Source: Armatimonadota bacterium (GTDB lineage: Bacteria; Armatimonadota; SYMT01). Taken from it: DNA of 64,000 nt. Every line of letters begins with the position of its first letter. The first letter of the stretch is position 1. Under the pieces are notes generated by a model that was given only the letters and a program-made list of their open reading frames with translations, made no database searches and was not told the origin of the DNA. Made by a program: the position numbers and the translations under genes. The stretch spans positions 32,001-96,000 of the forward strand of contig JAWLHY010000016.1 of NCBI GenBank assembly GCA_041690135.1. Reading direction: 5' to 3'. Below, piece by piece: positions 9,519-20,050 of the stretch.

Positions 9519-9977
9519 CTAACCGAGTGCTTCCGCCCCAAGACCCACCTTCCGACAGAGACGTCCCAGCTCTTCCTGCTCCTCGGGAGTGAGAACCGAT
9601 ATTTCGCGGACGATAGCGGCAGCGTGGTTGGGGAAAATGCCGGCGATCAGGTCGCGGCCCGCGTCGGTGAGATGCACAGTAATGTAACGGCGGTCCGCCG
9701 TGGAGCGCTCCCGCCGCACCAGGTTTCGCTTCTCCAGGTTATCCAGCACCAGCGTGATGTTGCCGCTGCTTTTGAGGAGCTTCTCCCCCAGTTCCTTCTG
9801 GCAGAGCGGCCCCAGGTGATAGAGGGCCTCCAGGGCGCCGAACTGGCTGAAGGTGAGATTCGCCTCGTTCAGGTGTCCCTGCAGCCGACTGGTGACGGAC
9901 TCCGCCGCCCGGACCAGCTTGGTATACGTGCCCAGGGCACGGCGTTCTTCTTCGGTTCCCCCGTGGTGACAGGGCAA
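9519..9977 (-). CDS. MarR family transcriptional regulator
   Basis: LTFSQFGALEAL, SSGNITLVLDNLEKRNLV.R...DRR...V.LT..G. TTG start at 9977 after GGAGA. Confidence 0.9.
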   Translation of the reverse strand: MPCHHGGTEEERRALGTYTKLVRAAESVTSRLQGHLNEANLTFSQFGALEALYHLGPLCQKELGEKLLKSSGNITLVLDNLEKRNLVRRERSTADRRYITVHLTDAGRDLIAGIFPNHAAAIVREISVLTPEEQEELGRLCRKVGLGAEALG

Positions 9978-9995
9978 AATGCGTTCTCCAGATCT

Positions 9996-10022
9996 TTCAG
10001 CATCAAATGGTTTGGTGTTGAA
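9996..10022. promoter_or_regulatory. Putative MarR operator
   Basis: Imperfect palindrome TTCAGCATCAAA-TGG-TTTGGTGTTGAA just upstream of the MarR start. Confidence 0.5.
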
Positions 10023-10253
10023 TGTACCAGAGGCACCGATACTCGTCAACCGATCGGAAACGGGACCCGGGGATGCGACAAGCGGCCCCAACCGGAACCA
10101 GGAGATCCGAAAGGGACTCCGGTTCAGCCGGACCAACTCAAAAGCATCGAGAAAATGTCCCGAACCGTGCACCGCCGGCCAACGTAGTACTCAAGACACC
10201 GGATTGGGGCGAGGAGAGTCGTTCACCGCCCCACTTCCGGTGTTGACCTGAGT

Positions 10254-11570
10254 ATGAATCGCCGTCGCTTCCTCACCCAGGCTTCCGCCCTCCTCGGCCT
10301 TCCCGTGCTGGGGTTCTGTTCGGGTGGCTGCGGTGGAGCCGCAACCAACCGCGATGGTCGGCTCACCCTGCGCTACATGGCCTGGGGCGGTCCGGAACAG
10401 ATCCGGGTCGAGCGACGGATCTGCGCCGCGTTCGAGGAACTCCACCCGGAGATCCACGTGCACCTCTTTATGGTGCCCGGCCAGGCCTATGCGGACAAGC
10501 TGCAACTGATGCTCGCCTCGCGCACCGCGCCGGACGTGATGCGCGTGGACCAGTACTTCTTCCCCGCGCTGGCGCGCAAGGAGTACTTCCTATCGCTGGA
10601 CCCGTTCATCGCCGCCGAACCGCTGGACTTCCTGGAAGACTTCCACCCCATCGCCCGCGAGGAGGGTCGCTGGCAGGGTCGGGTCTACGGTCTCAACGTC
10701 CTCTGGGGCGGGATCATGATCTACTACAACCAGGGGCTCTTCCGCGCCGCCGGTCTTCCCGATCCCTACCGGCTCTTCCTTCAAGACCGCTGGACATGGG
10801 AGCAGTTCGTCGAATGCGCAGTGGCCCTGACCCGGAAAGTGGGTGGGCGAGTCGTCCAGTTTGGGACGAATCATGTGCTGTTCCCTCTTTATGCCTCCGT
10901 GATCTGGAACCATGGGGGAGAAGTGATGGACCCGGACATGACGCGGCTGGTGATGGCTGAGGACCCCGGCGCGGTGCTGGGGTTCCAGCGATATGCCGAC
11001 CTGCGTTGGAAACACCAGTGTGCTCCTTCGCCCGCGGAGAACGCACTTTCCCCGTTCGCTTTCGAGTCGGGCAGAACAGGTATGGTCTGGGGTTGGGCCG
11101 GAGAGACCCCGCGGTATCGCAGAAGCATCCGGGACTTTCCCTGGGACATCTGCCCCACCCCGGCGGGCCCCACCGGGCATCATACCCTGGTCAAAGGCAA
11201 CCAGCTCGTCATCAACCGCGAGACGAGGTATCCGGAAGCCGCGTGGAAGTTCTTGAAGTACATGACCAGCCCCGACGCGGAAAGACTGCTCTGTACCCGG
11301 CTGCGGCGTTCCGTACCCACCCGGCTTTCGGTCCTCCGCGATCCGGCGTACCTCAAGACGGACCAACCGCCCTTCCAGACGGAGGTCTTCCTGGAGACGA
11401 GCGAACGCGGGCGAGTTTTCCCGATCGATTGGCGCTATCAGGAATGGGTGGAGCAGTTCAACACGGGGATGGAACCGCTGTTCGCTATGAACGAGCGCGA
11501 TGCGCGTTCCGCCCTGACGGATGCATGTGCCCGGGCCAACGCCGTGCTGGCGGGCGAGGACGGCTTCTGA
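10254..11570 (+). CDS. Sugar ABC transporter substrate-binding protein (twin-arginine signal, probable lipoprotein)
   Basis: MNRRRFL signal, GGC lipobox-like; APDVM, YYNQGLFRAAGLPDP, WTWEQF, EAAWKFLKYM. Confidence 0.9.
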   Translation: MNRRRFLTQASALLGLPVLGFCSGGCGGAATNRDGRLTLRYMAWGGPEQIRVERRICAAFEELHPEIHVHLFMVPGQAYADKLQLMLASRTAPDVMRVDQYFFPALARKEYFLSLDPFIAAEPLDFLEDFHPIAREEGRWQGRVYGLNVLWGGIMIYYNQGLFRAAGLPDPYRLFLQDRWTWEQFVECAVALTRKVGGRVVQFGTNHVLFPLYASVIWNHGGEVMDPDMTRLVMAEDPGAVLGFQRYADLRWKHQCAPSPAENALSPFAFESGRTGMVWGWAGETPRYRRSIRDFPWDICPTPAGPTGHHTLVKGNQLVINRETRYPEAAWKFLKYMTSPDAERLLCTRLRRSVPTRLSVLRDPAYLKTDQPPFQTEVFLETSERGRVFPIDWRYQEWVEQFNTGMEPLFAMNERDARSALTDACARANAVLAGEDGF

Positions 11571-12481
11571 TGGTGCCCCTAAAGGCCAGGCGAAAGCCTC
11601 TCTGGCGGCGGAGGGATGCGTGGGGATACGTCTTCATCGCTCCCTGGCTGGCAGGGTTCCTGCTCTTTACGGCGGGACCGCTGCTCGGTTCGTTGTACCT
11701 CTCGCTCTGCAAGTACGACCTGCACACGCTCGAGTGGGTGGGAACGAAGAATTACCAGGTACTGCTGACGCGCGACCCGCTGTTCTGGAAATCACTGGTC
11801 AACACGGCGATCTACGTCCTGGTGTCGGTGCCGCTCGGCCTGACCGGTTCCCTCGTGTTGGCGTTGCTCCTGAACCAGTCGGTACGGGGAATTGCCGTCT
11901 TCCGAACCCTGTTCTACCTGCCCTCATTGGTACCGGCGGTGGCATCGGCGCTATTGTGGGCCTGGATCTTCCATCCGGAAGCCGGCCTATTGAACTACGG
12001 CCTGTCCCTTGTGGGTATCCGGGGGCCCGAGTGGCTGCAGGACCCGAGTACGGCCCTGGCCTCACTCATTCTGATGAGTCTGTGGGGGATTGGGGGCAGC
12101 CGCATGATCATCTTCCTGGCGGGCCTCCAGGGGATCTCGGAGGAACTGTATGAGGCCGGCGCGCTCGACGGGGCGCGAGGCTGGACCGCCTTCCGGCACA
12201 TCACGCTGCCGATGCTTTCCCCCACGATCCTGTTCAACCTCGTATTGGGCGTCATCGGTTCTTTCCAGGTGTTCACCTCGGCCTACGTACTCACCAACGG
12301 AGGACCGAACAACGCCACGCTGATGTACGTGCTCTACCTCTATAACAACGCCTTCCGCTACTTCAAGCTGGGAAAGGCCTCGGCGATGGCGTGGGTCCTG
12401 TTTGTGATCTTGCTCTTGTTCACCACGATCCAGTTCCGGCACGCCGCGAAGTGGGTCCACTACGAAGGCGAGGCGGCGTAG
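11570..12481 (+). CDS. Sugar ABC transporter permease
   Basis: GYVFIAPWLAGFLLF, FLAGLQGISEELYEAGALDGA (EAA loop); ATG overlaps upstream TGA. Confidence 0.93.
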   Translation: MVPLKARRKPLWRRRDAWGYVFIAPWLAGFLLFTAGPLLGSLYLSLCKYDLHTLEWVGTKNYQVLLTRDPLFWKSLVNTAIYVLVSVPLGLTGSLVLALLLNQSVRGIAVFRTLFYLPSLVPAVASALLWAWIFHPEAGLLNYGLSLVGIRGPEWLQDPSTALASLILMSLWGIGGSRMIIFLAGLQGISEELYEAGALDGARGWTAFRHITLPMLSPTILFNLVLGVIGSFQVFTSAYVLTNGGPNNATLMYVLYLYNNAFRYFKLGKASAMAWVLFVILLLFTTIQFRHAAKWVHYEGEAA

Positions 12482-12484
12482 GCC

Positions 12485-13330
12485 ATGGTAGCGCGGGGCA
12501 AACGTGAACAACGCCTGCGGCAGGCCCTCCTCCTACTCATGCTTTGCCTCGGCGCAGCGCTGTTTTCGGTTCCGTTCCTCTGGACCGTCAGCACGGCGCT
12601 CAAGACGAACCAGCAGGTGTTTGAGGTTCCGCCGCAATGGATCCCCCATCCACCCCAGTGGGAGAACTTCCGCCGGGCCTGGACAGAGCTGCCGTTCCCC
12701 CGGTTCGTTCTCAACACGGTGTTGATCACCGGGGTGGCGGTGGTCGGCCAGGTGGTTTCCGCCTCCCTCGTCGCCTATGGGTTTGCCCGCTTCCGGTTTC
12801 CGGGGCGCAACTTTCTCTTCATGCTCATGCTCTCCACCATGATGCTGCCGGCGCAGGTGACTATGATCCCGGTTTTCCTGTTCTGGCGGGAACTGCGGGC
12901 CATCGACACCTTCGCCCCGCTTACGGTCCCGTCATTCTTCGGCGGTGGAGCCTTCACCATCTTCTTGCTCCGCCAGTTCTTCCTGACGATCCCGCGGGAA
13001 CTGGACGAAGCGGCCATGATTGACGGCGCTTCCCCATTCGCCATCTGGTGGCGCGTGCTGCTCCCGCTCTCTCGTCCCGCCCTGGTGACGGTGGTCCTCT
13101 TCTCCTTCCTCTCCCACTGGGACGACTTCATGGGCCCGCTGATCTACCTGAATTCAATGGAGAAGTACACCGTCTCCATCGGCCTGCGGATGTTCCAGGA
13201 CATGTTCGGGACGCAACTCGAGCTGTTGATGGCCGCCTCCCTGATCCACATCCTGCCGACGGTGGTGCTCTTCTTCCTCGGGCAGAAGTACTTCGTTAAG
13301 GGAGTCGCTCTCACAGGGCTCAAGGGTTAG
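12485..13330 (+). CDS. Carbohydrate ABC transporter permease
   Basis: AYGFARFRFPGR, RQFFLTIPRELDEAAMIDGAS. Confidence 0.93.
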   Translation: MVARGKREQRLRQALLLLMLCLGAALFSVPFLWTVSTALKTNQQVFEVPPQWIPHPPQWENFRRAWTELPFPRFVLNTVLITGVAVVGQVVSASLVAYGFARFRFPGRNFLFMLMLSTMMLPAQVTMIPVFLFWRELRAIDTFAPLTVPSFFGGGAFTIFLLRQFFLTIPRELDEAAMIDGASPFAIWWRVLLPLSRPALVTVVLFSFLSHWDDFMGPLIYLNSMEKYTVSIGLRMFQDMFGTQLELLMAASLIHILPTVVLFFLGQKYFVKGVALTGLKG

Positions 13331-13380
13331 CACGCATTAGTCACGGTAGCCACTTGTCACTAACCACAGAGACATATCCG

Positions 13381-13932
13381 ATGTCAAAACGTAGACCGCT
13401 CCCTTTCCCCTGGCCCACCGGATCTTTTGAAGAGGAAACCGACGACGGCTTCACCCTCGTGAGCCCTCCCGCGAGCGACGAGGATATGGCGCGGTACGAA
13501 GCGGCGTTGGAGACCGACCCGGACGCACGCGAAGTTCGAGAGTTCTACGCCCATGCACTCCACCGGCGTGGCCTTACAACGGAAGCGCTCGCAAACTGGC
13601 GCATCCTGGTAGAGGCGGACCCGGAAAACGAACATTAACAGTTCACACTCGGTGCCTGGGAGCGAGAAGCAGGAAACTTCGAGGCTGCACTGACGGCCTG
13701 CCGGAAGGCTCTGGATCTGCGGGCAGCACAGGGGGAAACGGACGAACAGGGCGAGGCGATCATCCGCTGGGGGCTCTTCGAAACGCTCCGCGCCCTGGGA
13801 GACCGGGACGGCGCGCTCCGCGAAATCCGCCGGGCGGTAGAGTTGATGGAGGCGGGGGTGAGTCGCGAGTGTGCCAGCCTCCAGCTTCTGGGGCAACTGC
13901 GGAGAACTCTTGCAAAATGGGAAAGCGGATGA
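13381..13932 (+). pseudogene. TPR protein interrupted by in-frame TAA
   Basis: ...EADPENEH*QFTLGAWEREAGNFEAALTACRKALDL... The TPR pattern continues across TAA 13636-13638 to TGA 13930-13932. Confidence 0.75.
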
Positions 13933-14113
13933 CGAGAGCCGAGATTGAGTACATGAGCTACCTGCAGCACACGTGTTAGGGTTCGTCTGGACCTCGCGCG
14001 GGCTATCCCCACCACTAATCATCTCCTGCGGATACGATAAACCGGTTCCGTGACGATCCGTGCCACCCCGTGCGGGCGTGTTTGTCACCGTCTGTATCCA
14101 GAGGCGACCCCTG

Positions 14114-15394
14114 ATGACTCCCGAAGAGATCGAGGCGCTGGTCGAGAAGACCGCGCAGCAGTACAGCGAACACCTGAACCCCAACCTGCCGAACCTGTTG
14201 AAGTTCATGGGCTTCGGCACCGTGAGCCAGTCAACGGACGGGATGTATCTCACCGACGTGGAGGGCCACCACTGGCTGGATTTCCTGGGCGGGCTGGGGG
14301 TGTTCAGCCTGGGGCACCGTCACCCCAAGGTGGTGGCGGCCGTCCAGGACCAGTTGCAGCGGATGCCGCTGACGATCCCGATCTTCTTCAACCAGCTCCA
14401 GGCCGAGTTGGCGGTTCGGCTGGCGGAGATCCTGCCGGGGCGCATTGAGTACTCCTTCTTCTGCTCCAGTGGGACGGAAGCGGTGGAAGGCGCGCTGAAG
14501 CTGGCGCGCGTGAGCACGGGGCGGACCGAGATCATCTCCGCGGAAGCGGCCTACCACGGGAAGACGATGGGCTCGCTCAGCGCCAGCGGCCGGGACCTGT
14601 ACAAGACGCCGTTCGAGCCGCTGGTGCCGGAATGCCGGCAGGTTCCGTTCGGGGATATCGCAGCCCTGGATGCGGCGGTGACCGACCAGACGGCGGCCGT
14701 AATCCTGGAGCCGGTACAGGGCGAAGGCGGCGTGAATGTCCCTCCGCCGGATTACCTGCCCGCCGTGCGCCGGATCTGCACGGAGCGAGGCGCGCTACTG
14801 ATCGCAGACGAAGTCCAGACCGGCTTCGGGCGCACCGGCAAGATGTTCGCCGTGGAGCATTGGGGAGTTGAGCCGGACATGGTCTGCCTGGCCAAGGCGC
14901 TCGGCGGCGGGGTGATGCCGCTTGGGGCGTTCTGCGGGACCGCCGAGGTCTGGGAGCCGTTCCGCAAGAAACCGTGGATTCACACCAGCACCTTCGGTAG
15001 CCCCGGCGGCAACCCGATGGCGTGCGCCGCCGGCTTGGCAACCCTCGACGTGCTGCGGGAAGAGCGGCTCGACCTGCGCGCGGCCGAGATGGGCGCCTAC
15101 TTCCTGGAGCAACTCCAGGCGTTGAAGGCGGAGTTCCCCAGCGTTATCAAGGAAGTCCGCGGCATGGGCCTGCTGCTGGGCCTGGAGTTCTTCAACGAGG
15201 ACGTCGCCGGCCTCACCATCGCCGGGGTCGCGCGCCGCCGCGTGGTGGTCGCCTACTACCTGAGCAACCCGCGGGTGTTCCGGTTCGAGCCGCCGCTCAT
15301 CGTTAACCGCGAGCAGATCGACTTCGCCATCCAGGTGTTCCGCGAGTCGCTCGCCGAAACGCTGGTCCTGGTGGAGGGTCTGGAGGAGGAGTAA
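14114..15394 (+). CDS. Class III aminotransferase, putrescine aminotransferase (PatA)-like
   Basis: [54 protein letters not shown] lysine in LAKALGGG. Confidence 0.85.
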   Translation: MTPEEIEALVEKTAQQYSEHLNPNLPNLLKFMGFGTVSQSTDGMYLTDVEGHHWLDFLGGLGVFSLGHRHPKVVAAVQDQLQRMPLTIPIFFNQLQAELAVRLAEILPGRIEYSFFCSSGTEAVEGALKLARVSTGRTEIISAEAAYHGKTMGSLSASGRDLYKTPFEPLVPECRQVPFGDIAALDAAVTDQTAAVILEPVQGEGGVNVPPPDYLPAVRRICTERGALLIADEVQTGFGRTGKMFAVEHWGVEPDMVCLAKALGGGVMPLGAFCGTAEVWEPFRKKPWIHTSTFGSPGGNPMACAAGLATLDVLREERLDLRAAEMGAYFLEQLQALKAEFPSVIKEVRGMGLLLGLEFFNEDVAGLTIAGVARRRVVVAYYLSNPRVFRFEPPLIVNREQIDFAIQVFRESLAETLVLVEGLEEE

Positions 15395-15417
15395 TTCTCC
15401 TCAAGCGTCCGCTTCTT

Positions 15418-15689
15418 GACACGGATGGACACGGATCGAACGGATCTCCACGGGGAGCGACGAAGCACTGCTGCGAAAATGAGCATCGCTGTTCCCTGGT
15501 ATTGCAGTGGGGAGAATGCCGCTGCAAATCGCCTGGAACTGGATGCAAGCCGCCAAGGAACCGCCTCGGACGCGATACCATTGAAGGGGCGTAGAGGCTA
15601 TCCCTGGTGTGTCCGTGCTGACCATACAACGGTCCGCGAGTTCAGGTGTCCTCTGTGTTCCTCTGTTCCAATCTGTATCCGTCTGTGTC
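15418..15689. repeat. Intergenic element bounded by wobble-paired inverted repeats
   Basis: GACACGGATGGACACGGAT (15418-15436) pairs with ATCTGTATCCGTCTGTGTC (15671-15689) using G-U wobbles and one mismatch. Confidence 0.55.
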
Positions 15690-15722
15690 GGAAATCAGAA
15701 GATCGTCCGGGAGAGTGAGCCG

Positions 15723-16805
15723 ATGAGTGTGGTGGTCGAGCGGAAAGGTGACCTCAGCGATATCGCGGAGAAGGTGTGGGCGGGAGAGCGGCTCACCTTC
15801 GAGGACGGGCTGCGCCTGTTCGAGACGGAGGACCTCCTGCTGCTCGGATCGCTGGCCGACCTGGTGCGCCAGCGGAAGCACCCGAACCGGATGGTCACCT
15901 TCAACATCGGGCGGAACATCAACTACACCAACGTCTGCTGGGTGCGGTGCAAGTTCTGCGCGTTCTACCGGGTGCCGGGACACGAAGAGGGCTACGTCCT
16001 CACCGACGAAGACGTCCTGCAGAAGTGTAAAGAACTGGTGGACCTCGGCGGGCGGGAGATCCTGATCCAGGGCGGCCTGAACCCGAAGCTGAAGATCGAC
16101 TATTACGAAGGACTCTTCCGCACCATTAAAGAGGCCTTCCCCACCATCGACATCCACGGCCTCTCCAGCGCCGAGATCAACTACGTCGCACACATCAGCA
16201 AACTCCCCCTGGAAGAGGCGCTGGTCCGGCTCCGGAACGCTGGTATGAACACCATTCCCGGCGCCGGGGAGATGCTGGTGGATGAGGTCCGGGAGATGAT
16301 CGCGCCCCTCAAGGAGAAGACGGAGCGCTGGGTTCATCTGATGCGGACGGCGCACGGCCTGGGGATCCGCAGCTCCGCCACCATGGTGTACGGCTGGGGG
16401 GAGAGCTACGCGCAGCGCCTGGAGCACATGCTGCGGGTGCGCGAGCTGCAGGATGAGACCGGGGGCTTCACCGCCTGGATCAGCTGGAGCTTCCAGCCGG
16501 ACGGCACGGAACTGGGCGGCACCAAGGCAAGCGGGTGGGACTACCTGAAGAACACGGCGGTCTCACGCCTGATGCTGGACAACGTGCCGAACCTGCAAGC
16601 CTCCTGGGTGACCCAGGGTCCGAAGCTGGCGCAGATCGCGCTGAAGTACGGTCTGAACGACTTCGGCAGCACCATGATGGAAGAGAACGTCGTCTCCGCT
16701 ACCGGAACCAACTTCTTGATGCAGATCGACGAGATCCGGCGCCTGATCCGGGAAGCCGGTTACGAGCCGCGGGTGCGGGATACGCTTTACAACCTGCTGG
16801 ATTGA
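15723..16805 (+). CDS. mqnC: Cyclic dehypoxanthinyl futalosine synthase (radical SAM, CofH/MqnC family)
   Basis: NINYTNVCWVRCKFCAF (CxxxCxxC), ILIQGG, NLQASWVTQG, GLNDFGSTMMEENVVSA. Confidence 0.85.
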   Translation: MSVVVERKGDLSDIAEKVWAGERLTFEDGLRLFETEDLLLLGSLADLVRQRKHPNRMVTFNIGRNINYTNVCWVRCKFCAFYRVPGHEEGYVLTDEDVLQKCKELVDLGGREILIQGGLNPKLKIDYYEGLFRTIKEAFPTIDIHGLSSAEINYVAHISKLPLEEALVRLRNAGMNTIPGAGEMLVDEVREMIAPLKEKTERWVHLMRTAHGLGIRSSATMVYGWGESYAQRLEHMLRVRELQDETGGFTAWISWSFQPDGTELGGTKASGWDYLKNTAVSRLMLDNVPNLQASWVTQGPKLAQIALKYGLNDFGSTMMEENVVSATGTNFLMQIDEIRRLIREAGYEPRVRDTLYNLLD

Positions 16806-16822
16806 GGCAGCGCCCTTGGCTG

Positions 16823-17641
16823 CTAGGATTGACCTTCGGATTGCCCGACGGCCGCGAGTGCGCGGCACGAGTGCGCGGCCGGGTCGCTGAGGGCGAGGCC
16901 CTGCCCCCTGGCTTTCCTCAGGAGGAGCTTCCGCGACGACCCGGCTGCCATTGCAAACACCGCCGAAAGCGCATTGCCAGCAGCTAAAACCGGGAGCGCA
17001 AGGTAAATCTCCAGACAGGCGGTGTCTATTACTCTATGCCCAAACACTGCCTGGAATAACGCATAACCCAAGGGCCAGGTTGCCAGCGTTGCATAGCCGA
17101 TCAGGATGCAGATATTTCTGGCGTTGCGCTCATCCCTGTAGGCGGAGTGGATCAGACCCTGCAACAATTCCGGACTATAGGGAAGCCGTTCAGTCCGTAT
17201 CAGCTCTGCATGACTGATGAGCTGAACCATCTCCGGCAGCAGGGGAGTGTAAGGTCCGTTCGACACTGCTTCGGGAAGGCTGATGGCGCGGCATCGCGAA
17301 CAACGGATGAGCCACCGCCTCCAGATCCGGCCGGCTGTCACCAGAAGCGCCGCTGCGGGTGGCGTGATCAAATAGCAAAGCCAGAGCCAGTAGACGAGTA
17401 CTCCCCCGACCTCCTGACCATTCCACACAACCGGTGGCAGGAGGATGAAGAAGAGGATCGCCAACCCCGCCACGCAACCACTGATCACGCACGCAGTTCC
17501 ACCCAGGGCCTCCATGTGCGTTGCCCAGGCCAGCCGGTGGAGCATCGCTCTCCGGCGTTCATCCCTGGCGAGACGGTCCGCCGCCAGCCCGAGGGTGAGT
17601 TGACTGCCGCGTGTCTGATCCATAGGGGGAGTGTACTTCAC
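16823..17641 (-). CDS. Hypothetical membrane protein
   Basis: Four hydrophobic segments and a CxxC motif. GTG start overlaps the upstream stop; alternative ATG at 17623. Confidence 0.6.
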   Translation of the reverse strand: MKYTPPMDQTRGSQLTLGLAADRLARDERRRAMLHRLAWATHMEALGGTACVISGCVAGLAILFFILLPPVVWNGQEVGGVLVYWLWLCYLITPPAAALLVTAGRIWRRWLIRCSRCRAISLPEAVSNGPYTPLLPEMVQLISHAELIRTERLPYSPELLQGLIHSAYRDERNARNICILIGYATLATWPLGYALFQAVFGHRVIDTACLEIYLALPVLAAGNALSAVFAMAAGSSRKLLLRKARGQGLALSDPAAHSCRALAAVGQSEGQS

Positions 17642-18708
17642 GCGATCAGTTCGCGCCTGATTTTGATTCCTATCTCGGGATCTCGCATTGCGGCGGTGGC
17701 GAGGTGGATGGAGGCGGCGCCGGCGTCCAGGTAAGAGCGCACGTCGGCGGCGGTGGCGGCGCCTCCCACGCCGATGATTTCGAGAGGCACCTTGAGGTCC
17801 CGGATGACTTCGGCGAAGCGGGCGACCTGGGCCAGGGAAGCCTCGCGAATGGCCGTGCCGCCGATGCCGCGCGCTTCACCGTTGAATAGCGGCATCCCGT
17901 CCTCGCCCCGGACGGTGGCGGGGAGGCAGTTCACCATTGAAAGGGCCTGTACGTAAGGGGCCACAGCGGCTACCAGTGCGGCGGCCTCCGAACGCTGGGG
18001 CACGTGCCCGATCTTGAGGATGAGTGGCGTGCCATCGATGGCTTCCCGCACGGCCGCGGCCACACGCCGCGCGTCTTCCGGCACCTGGTAGAGTTGGCCG
18101 TCGCGGCTCTGGACGTTGGGGCAGGAGAGGTTCGCCTCCACGCAGTCGGCCCCGCTTTCCACCGCCCAGCGAGCGCAGAGGGCGTAGTCTTCGGCCAACT
18201 CCTCCAACGACCAGCCGGGTTGCATCGTTCCCACCACGGAGACCGAGAGGACCTTCTCCGCCGGCAGGTGCTTCCGGGTCCGCTCCACGTCCCGCCGCCA
18301 GACCTCGGGTTCCATGGAGGGCATCCCGAAAGACACGGCCCAACTACCGCCCCCCTCCCCCATTGTCTCGATGGCGGGCAGGTCGCGCTCCCCGCCCCAG
18401 AGGGTAGGGGCGAGGACAGGCTGGAGGTTGGGCAACTCGTAACACGCGCGGAAGCGACTGCGGACCGTTTTGTAAGTGACCACATCGAAGCCGAGGGCGG
18501 CGTAATAAAGGCACCACCGTCCGTTGAGCAGCGGACCGGCCGGCATGCCCAACGGAGACGGGACCGGCCGCCCACAAAACCGCCACTCCCCCGGGACGTC
18601 CGGGACGGATCGCCGGACGGCATCGCCCCCCTCCGGCCCCGGTGCATGTTCGTAATTCCAGGCATAGGATTGCCCGAAGTCGTAACGAGGGAGTATTGCA
18701 TCCGGCAC
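17638..18708 (-). CDS. Dihydroorotate dehydrogenase-like FMN oxidoreductase
   Basis: GMPAGPLLN, TYKTVRS, EANLSCPN, LKIG, IIGVGG. Confidence 0.8.
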   Translation of the reverse strand: MPDAILPRYDFGQSYAWNYEHAPGPEGGDAVRRSVPDVPGEWRFCGRPVPSPLGMPAGPLLNGRWCLYYAALGFDVVTYKTVRSRFRACYELPNLQPVLAPTLWGGERDLPAIETMGEGGGSWAVSFGMPSMEPEVWRRDVERTRKHLPAEKVLSVSVVGTMQPGWSLEELAEDYALCARWAVESGADCVEANLSCPNVQSRDGQLYQVPEDARRVAAAVREAIDGTPLILKIGHVPQRSEAAALVAAVAPYVQALSMVNCLPATVRGEDGMPLFNGEARGIGGTAIREASLAQVARFAEVIRDLKVPLEIIGVGGAATAADVRSYLDAGAASIHLATAAMRDPEIGIKIRRELIA

Positions 18709-18722
18709 GGTAGGCGTCTCCG

Positions 18723-19598
18723 CTAAAGCGATCTCACAACACCGCGCAGATAGCCGACCGTCTCGGCGAGGCCGGGGAGTGGATCGTCCGCGTCCTTTTC
18801 ATACTCGATGCCGACGTGGTGCGGGAACCGGATGGAAAGCAGCGCCTTCATGATGGCCGGCAGGTCGAGGACCCCGCGGCCGACCTCGACGTTCACCGCT
18901 TTCACCCCGGTGTTCGCCAGGTCCTTGAGGTGGACGTCGTAGAGGCGTTCCCGGCATTTGCGGATCGCCTCCGCGGGGTCCGTTTTCGCGCGGGCGGTGT
19001 GGCCCACGTCGATGCAGAGGCCGATGCGGCGGTCGTAACCTTCGATGGCCTTCATCACGTCATAGGGACCAGGAAGTTTCTTGTCCTCGGGGCCGTGGTT
19101 GTGGATGGCGAGGCGGATATCGAACTCTTTGACCATGCGATCGAGGAGCGGCATCGAGGCGGGGTCGGGGCTGCAGACGATGGTGGTGAACCCGGCTTCG
19201 CGCGCGTATTCGAATGCCTCGCGCACGTTCGCCTCATCGTTCTTCATGGTAATCACGCCGCAACTCAGGGGCGTGATGCCGGCATCCTTGAATCTCCGCA
19301 CCGCCGCCTTGCGTTCATCGGCCGTGCTCTTGAGCGGGAGATGAAAGTCTTTAACGGAGACGTACTGCAATCCCACGCGCTGAATCGCGGCAATGGCGGT
19401 GTCGAGCGGCAACTTGCGCAGCGTGTAGGAAGCGACGCCCACTTTGAGTCCCTTCCACGCGTCGCCAGCCTGTGCGGCCGCCGCCCGGTTCCCGCTCTCG
19501 GCCTGCACGATGCTACCAAGCAGTCCAGCGGTAGCCGTTCCCAGGCATAGTTTCCTGCGCGAGAGGACGTGCGTTTCACTCGCGATCCGATCAGACAT
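18723..19598 (-). CDS. Sugar phosphate isomerase/epimerase (xylose isomerase-like TIM barrel), Tat-like signal
   Basis: AIHNHGP, CIDVGH, VHLKD, IEYE; SRRKL N-terminus; GGAGG RBS. Confidence 0.88.
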   Translation of the reverse strand: MSDRIASETHVLSRRKLCLGTATAGLLGSIVQAESGNRAAAAQAGDAWKGLKVGVASYTLRKLPLDTAIAAIQRVGLQYVSVKDFHLPLKSTADERKAAVRRFKDAGITPLSCGVITMKNDEANVREAFEYAREAGFTTIVCSPDPASMPLLDRMVKEFDIRLAIHNHGPEDKKLPGPYDVMKAIEGYDRRIGLCIDVGHTARAKTDPAEAIRKCRERLYDVHLKDLANTGVKAVNVEVGRGVLDLPAIMKALLSIRFPHHVGIEYEKDADDPLPGLAETVGYLRGVVRSL

Positions 19599-20050
19599 CT
19601 GTGTTACCTCCACCGTGCCGGCAGTTGGCGCCCAATACCAGGCTCCATTCCGCCGGAGATGAAAGGAATCCTGCCTCCAATCGCGGAGATGACGCCCGGC
19701 TTGCAGGCGGAAAGGGAACCCTGTACGACGGTGTTACGGAGTACGAGGCAGACTGCCGTGATTTTCGCAGCATTCAACCGCGACATGGGGAGTGCGGACT
19801 GAAAGAATAGAAGGGGTCGCGCCCGGTGTAAAGCGGGCAAGGCGGGTACCAACCGCAAACGGGGAATGACCGGGTGTTCGAATGGGAAACATGGTCTGTC
19901 CGGCGGTTCTATGTGTGTCGAGGATATTAGCGGGTGGAACCGCGCCTGCGGTGAGGCGGTCCAAACAGGGGGCGCCGCGGGAGGTCCCGGCGGGTCTAAT
20001 CTATGGCGGGGCGGATATTGGCCCAAAGGTGTGGGAGATCGGGAACCGGA

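Noticed and set aside
11006-11569. N-terminal extension of the permease ORF
   Set aside because: It overlaps the substrate-binding gene out of frame. The start at 11570 is translationally coupled.
19800-19870. Cobalamin-riboswitch-like CCCGGTGTAAAGCGGG stem
   Set aside because: No GGGAA core or B12-box in the proper arrangement, and no B12-related downstream gene.
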